Source: an uncultured virus (IMG/VR IMGVR_UViG_3300032135_000002)
Taxonomy: Duplodnaviria; Heunggongvirae; Uroviricota; Caudoviricetes
Reading direction: 5' to 3' (one strand)
DNA: 64,000 nt
Virus record (IMG/VR): IMGVR_UViG_3300032135_000002
Shown: in pieces, positions 35,379-43,073 of the stretch
How the letters are laid out: the number at the start of each line of letters is the position of its first letter
How positions within the stretch are numbered: the stretch's first letter is position 1
Position numbers and translations under genes: made by a program
The notes under the pieces: generated by a model
Database searches by the model: none
What the model was told of the DNA's origin: nothing
Seen by the model: the letters and a program-made list of their open reading frames with translations, nothing else

Positions 35379-35695
35379 TTGTCTTATAAGACAAACCCGA
35401 TTTGGGGTCCAGTTTGCTAGGGTTGCTAGGATTGCTAGGAAATAACCCTTACTTTTCAGTCTTCTAGCAAACCTAACTACTATTACTATAAAAAAACTAT
35501 TTTCTTTTTTTTTTTTTTTTGTTTTATAAGACAATAGGTTTAGCTTTATAGGACAACATTTTTTTTTATAAGTGGTAGAGTTTGCTTAAAATTTTGCTAG
35601 GGTTGCTAGAGTGTTGATTTGTAACGATTAATTCCTAGCAATCCTAGCAACCTGAGAAAAAGGTGTTTAGAATCAAGTAGTAAGGTCGCTAGGAA
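35379..35695. repeat. Iteron-like/AT-rich element, putative replication origin (copy 1)
   Basis: TTGCTAGG-type 9-bp repeats in both orientations, palindrome TTGTCTTATAAGACAA, long T tracts. Confidence 0.7.
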
Positions 35696-35831
35696 TATAG
35701 GAAGCTACATAAATTCGTCAGGTTCGGCGATGATCAGCACGTTGAGCATTGTTAGGGACGACAACTTGCACATCGTCTGCGTAGTTTTTTGGGTGCGTTC
35801 ATGTATACTCTCCTTCTGATATCACTTAGAG

Positions 35832-36062
35832 ATGTTTTTTATGCCTAGACCTAAGCCTGATGGATGGAAGTTGCGATACGCAGACCCCCGTAGTCAAAAG
35901 CGGTTGCTAATCAGCTTGCCTCAGGGAATGTTTGACGATGCCCATGCCGTGTCCAAGGAACTTGGTATCTCTGCTGCTGAATTATTCAGAGTGGCTGTTA
36001 CTAAGGAGATGGTTCGCCTTGCAGCTGAAAACTCTTTTCGGTTGGAAGGGACTGGGAGATAG
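35832..36062 (+). CDS. Ribbon-helix-helix DNA-binding protein
   Basis: LLISLP...LGISAAELFRVAV; ends before a bidirectional terminator. Confidence 0.7.
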   Translation: MFFMPRPKPDGWKLRYADPRSQKRLLISLPQGMFDDAHAVSKELGISAAELFRVAVTKEMVRLAAENSFRLEGTGR

Positions 36063-36091
36063 TGCCCATGCCCTCCTGGCTCTTGGCTGTT

Positions 36092-36123
36092 AAAACCCAC
36101 CGTGGTGTGCCGCGGTGGGTTTT
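36092..36123. terminator. Bidirectional terminator
   Basis: AAAACCCACCGTGG-TGTG-CCGCGGTGGGTTTT. Confidence 0.75.
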
Positions 36124-36259
36124 GTTCTATGGCGCGCTCTAGCTTCTGGCTTGGCACGCACTTGGGTGGATGTCGGGGTGGCTCTGTTACATGGTGTTCT
36201 CCTTTGTTGCCTGATAGAACAAAAATAGCCCCACCGGTATTAACCGGCAGGGCCTGAAG

Positions 36260-37090
36260 TTACGCTACGTCTGCAAGGGTGCGAACATTGCGTCCGGCCT
36301 CCATTGCTTCTCCTATCTCGGCTCTGTGCTCTTTTTCAAGACGGTCTACGTTAGCAGACATTAACTTTATACCCTCTTCGAACAGTGGGATGTTCCCCAA
36401 CTCTGTTAGCTTGCGGCTTCTCAACGCCCGCTCAAGCGACTTGTTCTTCGCTTTGCCGAGGCCTTCAACGATCTTGACGGCCAGTTGGTGCTGGGAGATA
36501 ACGTCTATCTCTTCGTCAGGGGTGTTTATGTACTCCACGTTTTTCTTCCGCTTCTCACCGAAACCTTCGAACGTCTGAAGTATTTCGGGCTTTTGTTCTG
36601 TTAGCTGCTCACGTTCCTGACGCTCCTGCGCCTCTTGGAATGTTTTGATGGTGGCCAGATCAGTACCTGCGGCATCCGCTAACGCTTGTAAAAACGCCAC
36701 GTCGGTCGGTGTCGCTTTCTGGATCATAAACTCTAGCATCTCTACCGGGGACATTGGCTCGTCCCACTTTGAGCTCGATAATGTTCTGATCTCAACCACT
36801 GCGTATTCGTAAAGCTTGTGGAACCGAGAGGCCTGAAGAATGGCTGACTCGCGGTCCTGCTGTAGGCCGTATGGTGCGGGCTTCTCATTGTCTTTCCACG
36901 CGTCCTGCTCGTTTCTCTGTTCCGTACTGATTGCCCCCTCTGGATTACGGACTAGGTATTGCGAATTGCGGATGTCCTGACGGATGGCTCCTATTGCCTT
37001 GGCCATCATTGAGTGGGCGATTGAGCGGTATGCAGCTACTTTCGCTACTGTGTCCATCTGTTCAATGTTATCTACGATGTTTGCGGTCAT
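36260..37090 (-). CDS. Hypothetical early protein (276 aa, helical)
   Basis: Long ORF with SD GGAG. Confidence 0.75.
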   Translation of the reverse strand: MTANIVDNIEQMDTVAKVAAYRSIAHSMMAKAIGAIRQDIRNSQYLVRNPEGAISTEQRNEQDAWKDNEKPAPYGLQQDRESAILQASRFHKLYEYAVVEIRTLSSSKWDEPMSPVEMLEFMIQKATPTDVAFLQALADAAGTDLATIKTFQEAQERQEREQLTEQKPEILQTFEGFGEKRKKNVEYINTPDEEIDVISQHQLAVKIVEGLGKAKNKSLERALRSRKLTELGNIPLFEEGIKLMSANVDRLEKEHRAEIGEAMEAGRNVRTLADVA

Positions 37091-37257
37091 TAGTTGTATT
37101 GCTCCAGTATGTTGATTACTTCGTCTACGGTTAGCTCACCTGTCTCTAACTGTTCTTCGAGGGTGGTGAGTAAGTCCTCGAAGGATTCCGTCGTGCTGTC
37201 TGACTTATCACACAGCGCATCCAGAAAATCGTTATCTCCGATACTCAAATGTTGCAT
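37090..37257 (-). CDS. Small very acidic protein (55 aa, not in ORF track)
   Basis: SD AGGAG; TAATG coupling to the next gene; 15 D/E versus 1 K. Confidence 0.65.
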   Translation of the reverse strand: MQHLSIGDNDFLDALCDKSDSTTESFEDLLTTLEEQLETGELTVDEVINILEQYN

Positions 37258-37555
37258 CGGTCGCTCGCTCCTGTACTAACGCCAAGACTAATTCTATGAT
37301 TTGCTCGGTGCCCTGACCGATTTTCTTAACGCGGGCTTCTGTTAGCAGACTCTTGAGCGTCTTCGACAGGTGGTGCAGCTCGTCCACACCGTCTATTTCA
37401 TGGGTGTGAATTAACAGCATGGCGTTGCCGAACACGGTGAAGGCGGCAAGTTCCGCCTTCGTAATGCCTTCACTGTCTTCGATGTCTACTCGTAGCATCG
37501 AAGACAGCTTGTGAGTGAGGTTTGCACGTTCTTCTACATCAGGTATGAGTTTCAT
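37232..37555 (-). CDS. Hypothetical protein
   Basis: SD AGGAG; ATGA coupling. Confidence 0.6.
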   Translation of the reverse strand: MKLIPDVEERANLTHKLSSMLRVDIEDSEGITKAELAAFTVFGNAMLLIHTHEIDGVDELHHLSKTLKSLLTEARVKKIGQGTEQIIELVLALVQERATDATFEYRR

Positions 37556-37872
37556 TTCTTTCTCCTGAACTGAATAGGGATAACCAGCTGTTCAGCCGGC
37601 ACAGTGACAAATTTGCCGGGATAGTATTTGTCCTTGAGGACATACCCGGCTGAGTAGCGTGCAGCTGACGTAAAGCCGCTGCACATCAAGCCGGCAACCG
37701 CAGCTGCCATCACGCCACTGAATGTACCGTAGTGCATGACGAAGGCTAATAACGAGCAGCCTAAGTCCAGATAGAACGGTTGGCCTAGAGCTCGCATGGT
37801 TGCCCACCTTGGCAGCTTGGCTCCCAACAAGAGCAAGCCGAGGAAGATGATGACACCACTCTCAATAATCAT
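37552..37872 (-). CDS. Membrane protein
   Basis: LD......HYGTFSGVMAAAVAGL; several TMs. Confidence 0.7.
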   Translation of the reverse strand: MIIESGVIIFLGLLLLGAKLPRWATMRALGQPFYLDLGCSLLAFVMHYGTFSGVMAAAVAGLMCSGFTSAARYSAGYVLKDKYYPGKFVTVPAEQLVIPIQFRRKK

Positions 37873-37906
37873 AATCTTTTCCTTTTGGTTGGAAGTTCAA
37901 CCAAAA

Positions 37907-37934
37907 GGGCCACCGCGCGTAAGCGTGGCAGCCC
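37907..37934 (-). terminator. Repeated early-region hairpin/terminator
   Basis: 25/26 identical to 38596..38621; followed by a U tract on the minus strand. Confidence 0.65.
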
Positions 37935-37940
37935 AGTAAT

Positions 37941-38093
37941 TTATGCTTTGTGCTCGAACGTGTGACCTGAGTATCCGGTCTTTTCACGCTCTCGAGCCTT
38001 AGCTGCTCGGCGTGTGCGCAGGGCAGCTGCGCCTGCATTTAATGCTTGGGCTACTGCCCATCCTATAACTGCACCTACGAGAACTTGAGGCAT
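37941..38093 (-). CDS. Small membrane protein
   Basis: SD AAGGAG; one TM. Confidence 0.55.
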   Translation of the reverse strand: MPQVLVGAVIGWAVAQALNAGAAALRTRRAAKAREREKTGYSGHTFEHKA

Positions 38094-38160
38094 AGTTTGT
38101 ATCTCCTTAATGAGAATGATTCCAGCGTACACGTGTACGCTGAAATGTTAAGACTCTTGT

Positions 38161-38550
38161 TTATCTGGGCGTCAAGGTGCCCCAGTCCATGGTTGCACCG
38201 TACGCAGGATCGAATGGCGAGTCGTCCCGGGTCTTAATGTGCGCGAACGCAATTGCTACGCACCCGGCGAACAGCGCCAGTGCATACCAGCCGATAAGCA
38301 TAACCACGGCAGGCAGCAACACAGCCACAAGGCCTATGTTTAGGCCGAGATTAGCCGCTTTCAGGTGGCCGAAAGACCAATGCGACGGATTGACTAGGTA
38401 CATGGACGCTGAGGTCAGGCAGCTGAGCAGCCAGAACCCGATCATCAGGGGGCCGTAGACCTCCCACAGCACAAACCAAGAGCCAAATACTGCGCACAGG
38501 GCCGCGCCGTAGAACAGGACAGAAACTGAAAGCTTAAGAACGTTTTTCAT
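38161..38550 (-). CDS. Multi-TM membrane protein
   Basis: About four hydrophobic segments; SD GGAG. Confidence 0.65.
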   Translation of the reverse strand: MKNVLKLSVSVLFYGAALCAVFGSWFVLWEVYGPLMIGFWLLSCLTSASMYLVNPSHWSFGHLKAANLGLNIGLVAVLLPAVVMLIGWYALALFAGCVAIAFAHIKTRDDSPFDPAYGATMDWGTLTPR

Positions 38551-38595
38551 AGTAGAAACTCCGAACGAACAATTGAGTGAAACTTCAATTAAAAC

Positions 38596-38621
38596 GGGCC
38601 ACCGCGCGTAAGCGCGGCAGC
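38596..38621 (-). terminator. Repeated early-region hairpin/terminator
   Basis: Copy of 37907..37932. Confidence 0.65.
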
Positions 38622-38628
38622 TTAGTGA

Positions 38629-38850
38629 TTAGTGCCTAGACCACGTGATCTCGTAGCCCAGTACCTGAGCTACGCGGGTCAGGGTGTTGATTCGAGGGGC
38701 GATAGTGATCCCCTCGCGCCAATGATACAGAGTGCTGGGTGAACACCCAGCCTCGTGGGCTACAGCTTCGAGGCTACAGCTCCGAAGCGCGAGCTGTACG
38801 GAGTAGTACAACTCGAGCAAGACTAGGTGTCTGAGATCTAGGCGCCTCAT
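38629..38850 (-). CDS. HTH (XRE-like) protein
   Basis: LEAVAHEAGCSPSTLYHW..G....PRINTL..VA.VLG. Confidence 0.75.
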   Translation of the reverse strand: MRRLDLRHLVLLELYYSVQLALRSCSLEAVAHEAGCSPSTLYHWREGITIAPRINTLTRVAQVLGYEITWSRH

Positions 38851-39053
38851 GATGCCAACCTAGGCAGGCGAAGTACCTTGCGGGCTAGAAGGCGATCTCT
38901 CAATAAAAGGATGAGCAGGGCGACGTTGCCGCCGAAGCTTGCGAAAGCTCCGATAGCTGCAAATACTGGGAGCAGCAGGCTGATCAAGGCCCAACAGGCC
39001 AAAGAGATAGACAGGTTGATCAGGATTCCACGAACAGTGGTGACGTTGAACAT
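38847..39053 (-). CDS. Small membrane protein
   Basis: SD GGAG; two TMs. Confidence 0.55.
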   Translation of the reverse strand: MFNVTTVRGILINLSISLACWALISLLLPVFAAIGAFASFGGNVALLILLLRDRLLARKVLRLPRLAS

Positions 39054-39112
39054 AGTAAATACTCCAGATAAGAAATAGGGCCCCAAGCGCTTAGCGCTTG
39101 GGGGAAGGGCAG

Positions 39113-39373
39113 CTAGGCAGCTACCCATTGTCCGTTGGACTTCACCTCTACCCGGTCGTTCCGGATCTGGGTGACTTGGCCGGTCTTCATGGCCAAGTGC
39201 TTGGCATAAGCCATAAGCGCAGCACGTGTAGGCTGAGTACTTGGTGTGCTGGTGCTGGTGCTGGTGCTGGTGCTAGCACGCAGAGCAGCGAGGTCAGCCC
39301 TGTACTGGGACAACATAGCGCGAAGTTCTGCGTTCTGACGGGCCAACTCTGCTTTAAGGATTTTCTTAGCCAT
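39113..39373 (-). CDS. First gene of early arm, hypothetical
   Basis: SD GGAG; coiled coil plus (ST)n linker from GTGCTG repeats. Confidence 0.6.
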   Translation of the reverse strand: MAKKILKAELARQNAELRAMLSQYRADLAALRASTSTSTSTSTPSTQPTRAALMAYAKHLAMKTGQVTQIRNDRVEVKSNGQWVAA

Positions 39374-39480
39374 GACGGTGATCTCCAAGATCAAGGTGTG
39401 CACCGCTCGGTAGTGAGCGACGCTTACACCACACACGGGCTACCGTGCGTTAGCACGGATGCTATGCGTACCATGGGGGG

Positions 39481-39592
39481 TGAGAGCTAAGAGCTAAGAG
39501 CTTGGTGCTTAGGGCAGGGAGCTGAGTGCTGAGGAGCTAGGCACTGGGCATGGGGGTGCTGAGTACTGAGAAGCTAAGAGCTGAGAGCTATG
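39481..39592. repeat. Degenerate 7-mer repeat tract (GAGCTAA/GAGCTGA/GTGCTGA)
   Basis: TGAGAGCTAAGAGCTAAGAGCT...GAAGCTAAGAGCTGAGAGCTA in the divergent intergenic region upstream of terS. Confidence 0.7.
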
Positions 39593-39845
39593 GGGCCCCC
39601 TTATCCCGAACCGAACTCGAAACCGAAGTGGCCCCCGGTTTCTAGGGTTGGGGGAGGGGGACCCGCGCAGCGACTCAGAACGAAATTTAAAGTTTCTTAG
39701 TGCCCCGTTTCTCGGCACCCCCCACCCCTTTCTCAGAACTCGATTCCAAAAAAATTCGCTAAAAAATAACCCAGTATCTGATATAACATATACCTAAGCG
39801 CCAGATTCCACTACAATCGTCAAATCTTTGACAGGACCCCGTTAT

Positions 39846-40313
39846 ATGCCCCCGAAGCTGACAGAGAGACAGAGAAAATTCGCAAAGATGGTCGGACAGG
39901 GCACGAGCCTAACCGGGGCGGCCACCCACTTGAAGTATGGTGCCCCCAGTCAAGCCGCGTGGCGTATGATGCAGAACCCTAAAATCAAGCTCGCCGTTGC
40001 TCAGGAAAAAGAACGGTACGCCAAGGCGTCGGACATGACCCGTGCCAAGGTTATCGACGGCATGAAGGAGGCTATTGATATGGCCCGCCTGAAAGCAGAC
40101 CCGACCGCTATGATTCAGGGTTACCGGGAGATTGGCCGGATGTGCGGGTTTTATGAGCCGACGAAGCATCAGGTTAACGTGTCGGTGAATGGGCAGGTTA
40201 TGCTTCAGAGGATGCAGTCCATGTCCGACGAAGAATTGCTGCAGCTCGCCGACGAGAAGGACGTTCTTGAGGGCGATTTTGAGGAGGTCACCGAGGAACC
40301 TAGTGATGATTAA
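39846..40313 (+). CDS. terS: Terminase small subunit
   Basis: KLTERQRKF...AA...Y...A.RMMQNPKI; upstream of TerL. Confidence 0.85.
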   Translation: MPPKLTERQRKFAKMVGQGTSLTGAATHLKYGAPSQAAWRMMQNPKIKLAVAQEKERYAKASDMTRAKVIDGMKEAIDMARLKADPTAMIQGYREIGRMCGFYEPTKHQVNVSVNGQVMLQRMQSMSDEELLQLADEKDVLEGDFEEVTEEPSDD

Positions 40314-40512
40314 TACCTTGCTGCTTTCGAGAACCCCCATCCCCGACCAAGACCTTAAGCCCGGGGTTCTGGTTATTTCCCCCGGCCAGCCGACTATGGG
40401 GCGAAGCGCGGACCACATTATAAATAATCTTGGCCCTATGAACGTGTTCGAGCAGGAGTGGTACAACACGTGTGTTGTCACTAGACTTAACCCCGGCGGC
40501 ACGATTACATGA
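40306..40512 (+). CDS. Small hypothetical protein
   Basis: Overlaps the terS end; SD GAGG. Confidence 0.45.
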   Translation: MINTLLLSRTPIPDQDLKPGVLVISPGQPTMGRSADHIINNLGPMNVFEQEWYNTCVVTRLNPGGTIT

Positions 40513-40670
40513 GGTTCTTACCGTTTATTGGTTTCCGCAGGTGCCACGTCGATTTTGCTGGCTGGCGCGTGGACCACGATTCCGGGTACACAGCTGAGAC
40601 GCTTGAAGTCGAGTGGCTGTTTGTCAGGATAACTCTGTACACGTTCGGTTATCGCAAAGGACCGCTATGA
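40509..40670 (+). CDS. Small hypothetical protein (53 aa, not in ORF track)
   Basis: MRFLPFIGFRRC...; ATGA overlaps at both ends. Confidence 0.5.
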   Translation: MRFLPFIGFRRCHVDFAGWRVDHDSGYTAETLEVEWLFVRITLYTFGYRKGPL

Positions 40671-43060
40671 GCGCCCCGACCAAAATTCAGAAGCTCCTTG
40701 CTGGGCGCGAACTGGCTCGGCGCCGGTTACTGCACTTCACGAAGGTGACCCACGGGTCCTACGACGCCGGCTGGGTGCACGAGGATATCTGCCGCCGGCT
40801 TGAGAAGTTCTCTAAGGACGTGGCCGACGGCAAGTCGCCAAGACTCATGCTCCTGATGCCCCCACGTCACGGTAAAAGTGAGCTGGCCTCGATACGCTTC
40901 CCGGCGTGGCACTTTGGCTCGTACCCCCACCACGAAATTATCAACGTCGGTTACAACACCGAGCTGCCCATGAAGTTCTCGCGCAAGGTGCGGGAAGTCA
41001 TGCGCGAAGGTCAGTATCAGGGGATCTTCCCCAATGCAGCACTCGACCCTAATTCTCAGTCCGTAGAAGCGTGGTACACAACTGCCGGCGGCGGATTTAC
41101 CGCGGCGGGTGTTGGTGGTGGTATTACCGGTAAGGGCGCGCACGTTCTGGTTATCGACGACCCTATTAAGAACCAAGAGGAAGCAGACAGCGTGTCTGTC
41201 CGCGACAAGCTCTGGGACTGGTACCAGTCGACGGCGTACACCCGCTTGGCGCCCGGCGGCGGGGTGCTGGTTATCGAGTGTATGACGGGTGATACCCCGG
41301 TCAGACTCCCCAACGGCTCAGAACGTCGTCTTGACGAGCTGCGTGCAGGGGACGTTATTGCTACGTATGAGAATGGGAAATTATCATCTTCTCGCGTGGC
41401 TAATCACCGCAGTAGTGGTAATGATCACATCTTGAGGATTACCACGAGTTCCGGTAAAATAGTACGTGCTAACGGACGGCATCCGTTCTTAGCTACGACA
41501 ACTACCGGAGAGTTAAAGTGGATAAGAGCGCGCAGCCTGTCATTAGCGAACAAAATCGTAACCGTAAAGGCCAGTGGGGGAAATACGCAGGGGTCGAATG
41601 CGCCGCAGCTGATTGCGACAAACCCGCCAAGTGCAGAGGTTTCTGCCCTAGTCACTACAGTAAGTGGAAGTGGGCTAGTGGGTACCGCGCCCCGTCTGCT
41701 AACCCAGTCTCCCAGCGCGCAGCACACCTCAAGTACAGATATGGGATCACAGCGGACGAGTACCAAGCCCTCCTTGAAGAACAGAATGGCTTGTGCGCAA
41801 TCTGCAGAAAAACTGGCAAAGACTCCAGAAACCCAGATCGGTGGAACCACATCCTCGCCGTCGACCACTGCCACGACTCCAACAAAGTCCGAGGGTTGCT
41901 CTGCAACGACTGTAACGCTGGAATCGGACATCTTGGAACTGAGTCCATCGCACTTGCCGCTGCACGATACCTCCGACTTCACGCTTGATGAGATAGTCAG
42001 TATCGAGCCTGATGGTGTCGAGGAAGTGTTCGATATCTCTGTCGAACGTACCACGAACTTCATCGCTAATGGCGTGGTATCGTCGAATACATGGTGGAAC
42101 GACGATGACCTCGCCGGCAGGCTCCAAGATTCCATGCGCAGGGATCCTGAGGCGGATCAGTTCGAGATCGTGAAGTACCCGGCTATTTCGGGCCAGTACG
42201 AATATCGCAACGACGAGACGAACGCGATTGTCTGCTTTACCGAAGACCCCAACCTGCTCGAAGGTGATGACGCTACCAAAGGGCTGACCCTGCTACGTAA
42301 GCCCAACGAGTGTCTGCACCACGGTCGCTACCCGCTTAGCGCCTTGAAGCGCATCAAAGCGAACTTACAGCCCCGGATCTGGTCGGCTTTGTTCCAGCAG
42401 AACCCTGTTCCTGATGAGGGCATGTACTTCCGGAAGGATTATTTTCGAGAGCAGCAGACGTTCCCCCAGACCTTCGGGCTTAGAATCTTCACGGCGTGGG
42501 ACTTCGCGATTGGTGAGAAGCAGGTCAACGACTGGACAGTTGGGGCCACCTTGCTCCAAGACGAGAACGACGTGCTGTATGTCCTCGACATACACAGATT
42601 TCGCGGTGACAGTTTCCAGATCGTAGAGGCCATACTCGACACCACTGAGCGCTACAGTTCGTTGGCCGGAGTGGACTATCAGGTGGGTGCCGAGGACGGC
42701 ATGATATGGCGGTCCATCGAACCCTTGTTGAAACGCCGCATGGGCGAGCGCCGGCTGTTCCCGGTTATTGAGCCGTTACGGCCAATAACAGACAAAGCTG
42801 CACGGGCCCGCCCGTTGCAGGGTAGAATGCAGCAGGGCCGGGTTGTTTTCCCGGCAGAGGCGCACTGGAAGGGGACGGCAGTATCCGAGATGCTAAGATT
42901 CCCGGCAGGTGCGCACGACGACGTAGTGGACGCGCTGGCGTGGGCCGTCCGTTTAAGCATGATGTCCGAGCCACCACAGCAGCCGCAGGAGCGCCGGATA
43001 CCTTCATGGCGAGACAAGCTAACAGCCGCCGGCAACGCCGGCAGCCACATGACCGCATAG
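40667..43060 (+). CDS. terL: Terminase large subunit, intein-containing
   Basis: MPPRHGKS, GITGKGA, VIDDPIK, VIE|TWWNDDDL, AWDFA, HDDVVDAL; start ATG 40667 with AAGGA. Confidence 0.95.
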   Translation: MSAPTKIQKLLAGRELARRRLLHFTKVTHGSYDAGWVHEDICRRLEKFSKDVADGKSPRLMLLMPPRHGKSELASIRFPAWHFGSYPHHEIINVGYNTELPMKFSRKVREVMREGQYQGIFPNAALDPNSQSVEAWYTTAGGGFTAAGVGGGITGKGAHVLVIDDPIKNQEEADSVSVRDKLWDWYQSTAYTRLAPGGGVLVIECMTGDTPVRLPNGSERRLDELRAGDVIATYENGKLSSSRVANHRSSGNDHILRITTSSGKIVRANGRHPFLATTTTGELKWIRARSLSLANKIVTVKASGGNTQGSNAPQLIATNPPSAEVSALVTTVSGSGLVGTAPRLLTQSPSAQHTSSTDMGSQRTSTKPSLKNRMACAQSAEKLAKTPETQIGGTTSSPSTTATTPTKSEGCSATTVTLESDILELSPSHLPLHDTSDFTLDEIVSIEPDGVEEVFDISVERTTNFIANGVVSSNTWWNDDDLAGRLQDSMRRDPEADQFEIVKYPAISGQYEYRNDETNAIVCFTEDPNLLEGDDATKGLTLLRKPNECLHHGRYPLSALKRIKANLQPRIWSALFQQNPVPDEGMYFRKDYFREQQTFPQTFGLRIFTAWDFAIGEKQVNDWTVGATLLQDENDVLYVLDIHRFRGDSFQIVEAILDTTERYSSLAGVDYQVGAEDGMIWRSIEPLLKRRMGERRLFPVIEPLRPITDKAARARPLQGRMQQGRVVFPAEAHWKGTAVSEMLRFPAGAHDDVVDALAWAVRLSMMSEPPQQPQERRIPSWRDKLTAAGNAGSHMTA
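41279..42088 (+). mobile_element. Intein (270 aa) in TerL
   Basis: N-term CMTGDTPV, block B RANGRHPF, block F VFDISVERTTNFIANG, C-term SSN followed by Thr; excision restores VLVIE-TWWNDDDL. Confidence 0.93.
41518..41988 (+). CDS. Endonuclease VII-type (His-Me) homing endonuclease, overprinted in an alternate frame inside the intein
   Basis: GTG with GGAG 7 nt upstream; C....C...G.C..HY Zn module, YGIT..EY, CAIC, LAVDHCH, VRGLLCNDCNAGIG, YL. Confidence 0.92.
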   Translation: MDKSAQPVISEQNRNRKGQWGKYAGVECAAADCDKPAKCRGFCPSHYSKWKWASGYRAPSANPVSQRAAHLKYRYGITADEYQALLEEQNGLCAICRKTGKDSRNPDRWNHILAVDHCHDSNKVRGLLCNDCNAGIGHLGTESIALAAARYLRLHA

Positions 43061-43073
43061 AGGAAGCCAAAAC

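Noticed and set aside
35274..35534. N-terminal extension of ORF 34965..35534 (MSYKTKKKKK...)
   Set aside because: Runs through the iteron/T-tract element; the plausible protein starts at ATG 35273.
40613..40666. GTG 40613 as TerL start
   Set aside because: ATG 40667 has an SD and ATGA coupling with an upstream 53-aa ORF.
41425..42135. 236-aa minus-strand ORF across the intein
   Set aside because: Antisense shadow of the TerL/intein frame with no recognisable motif.
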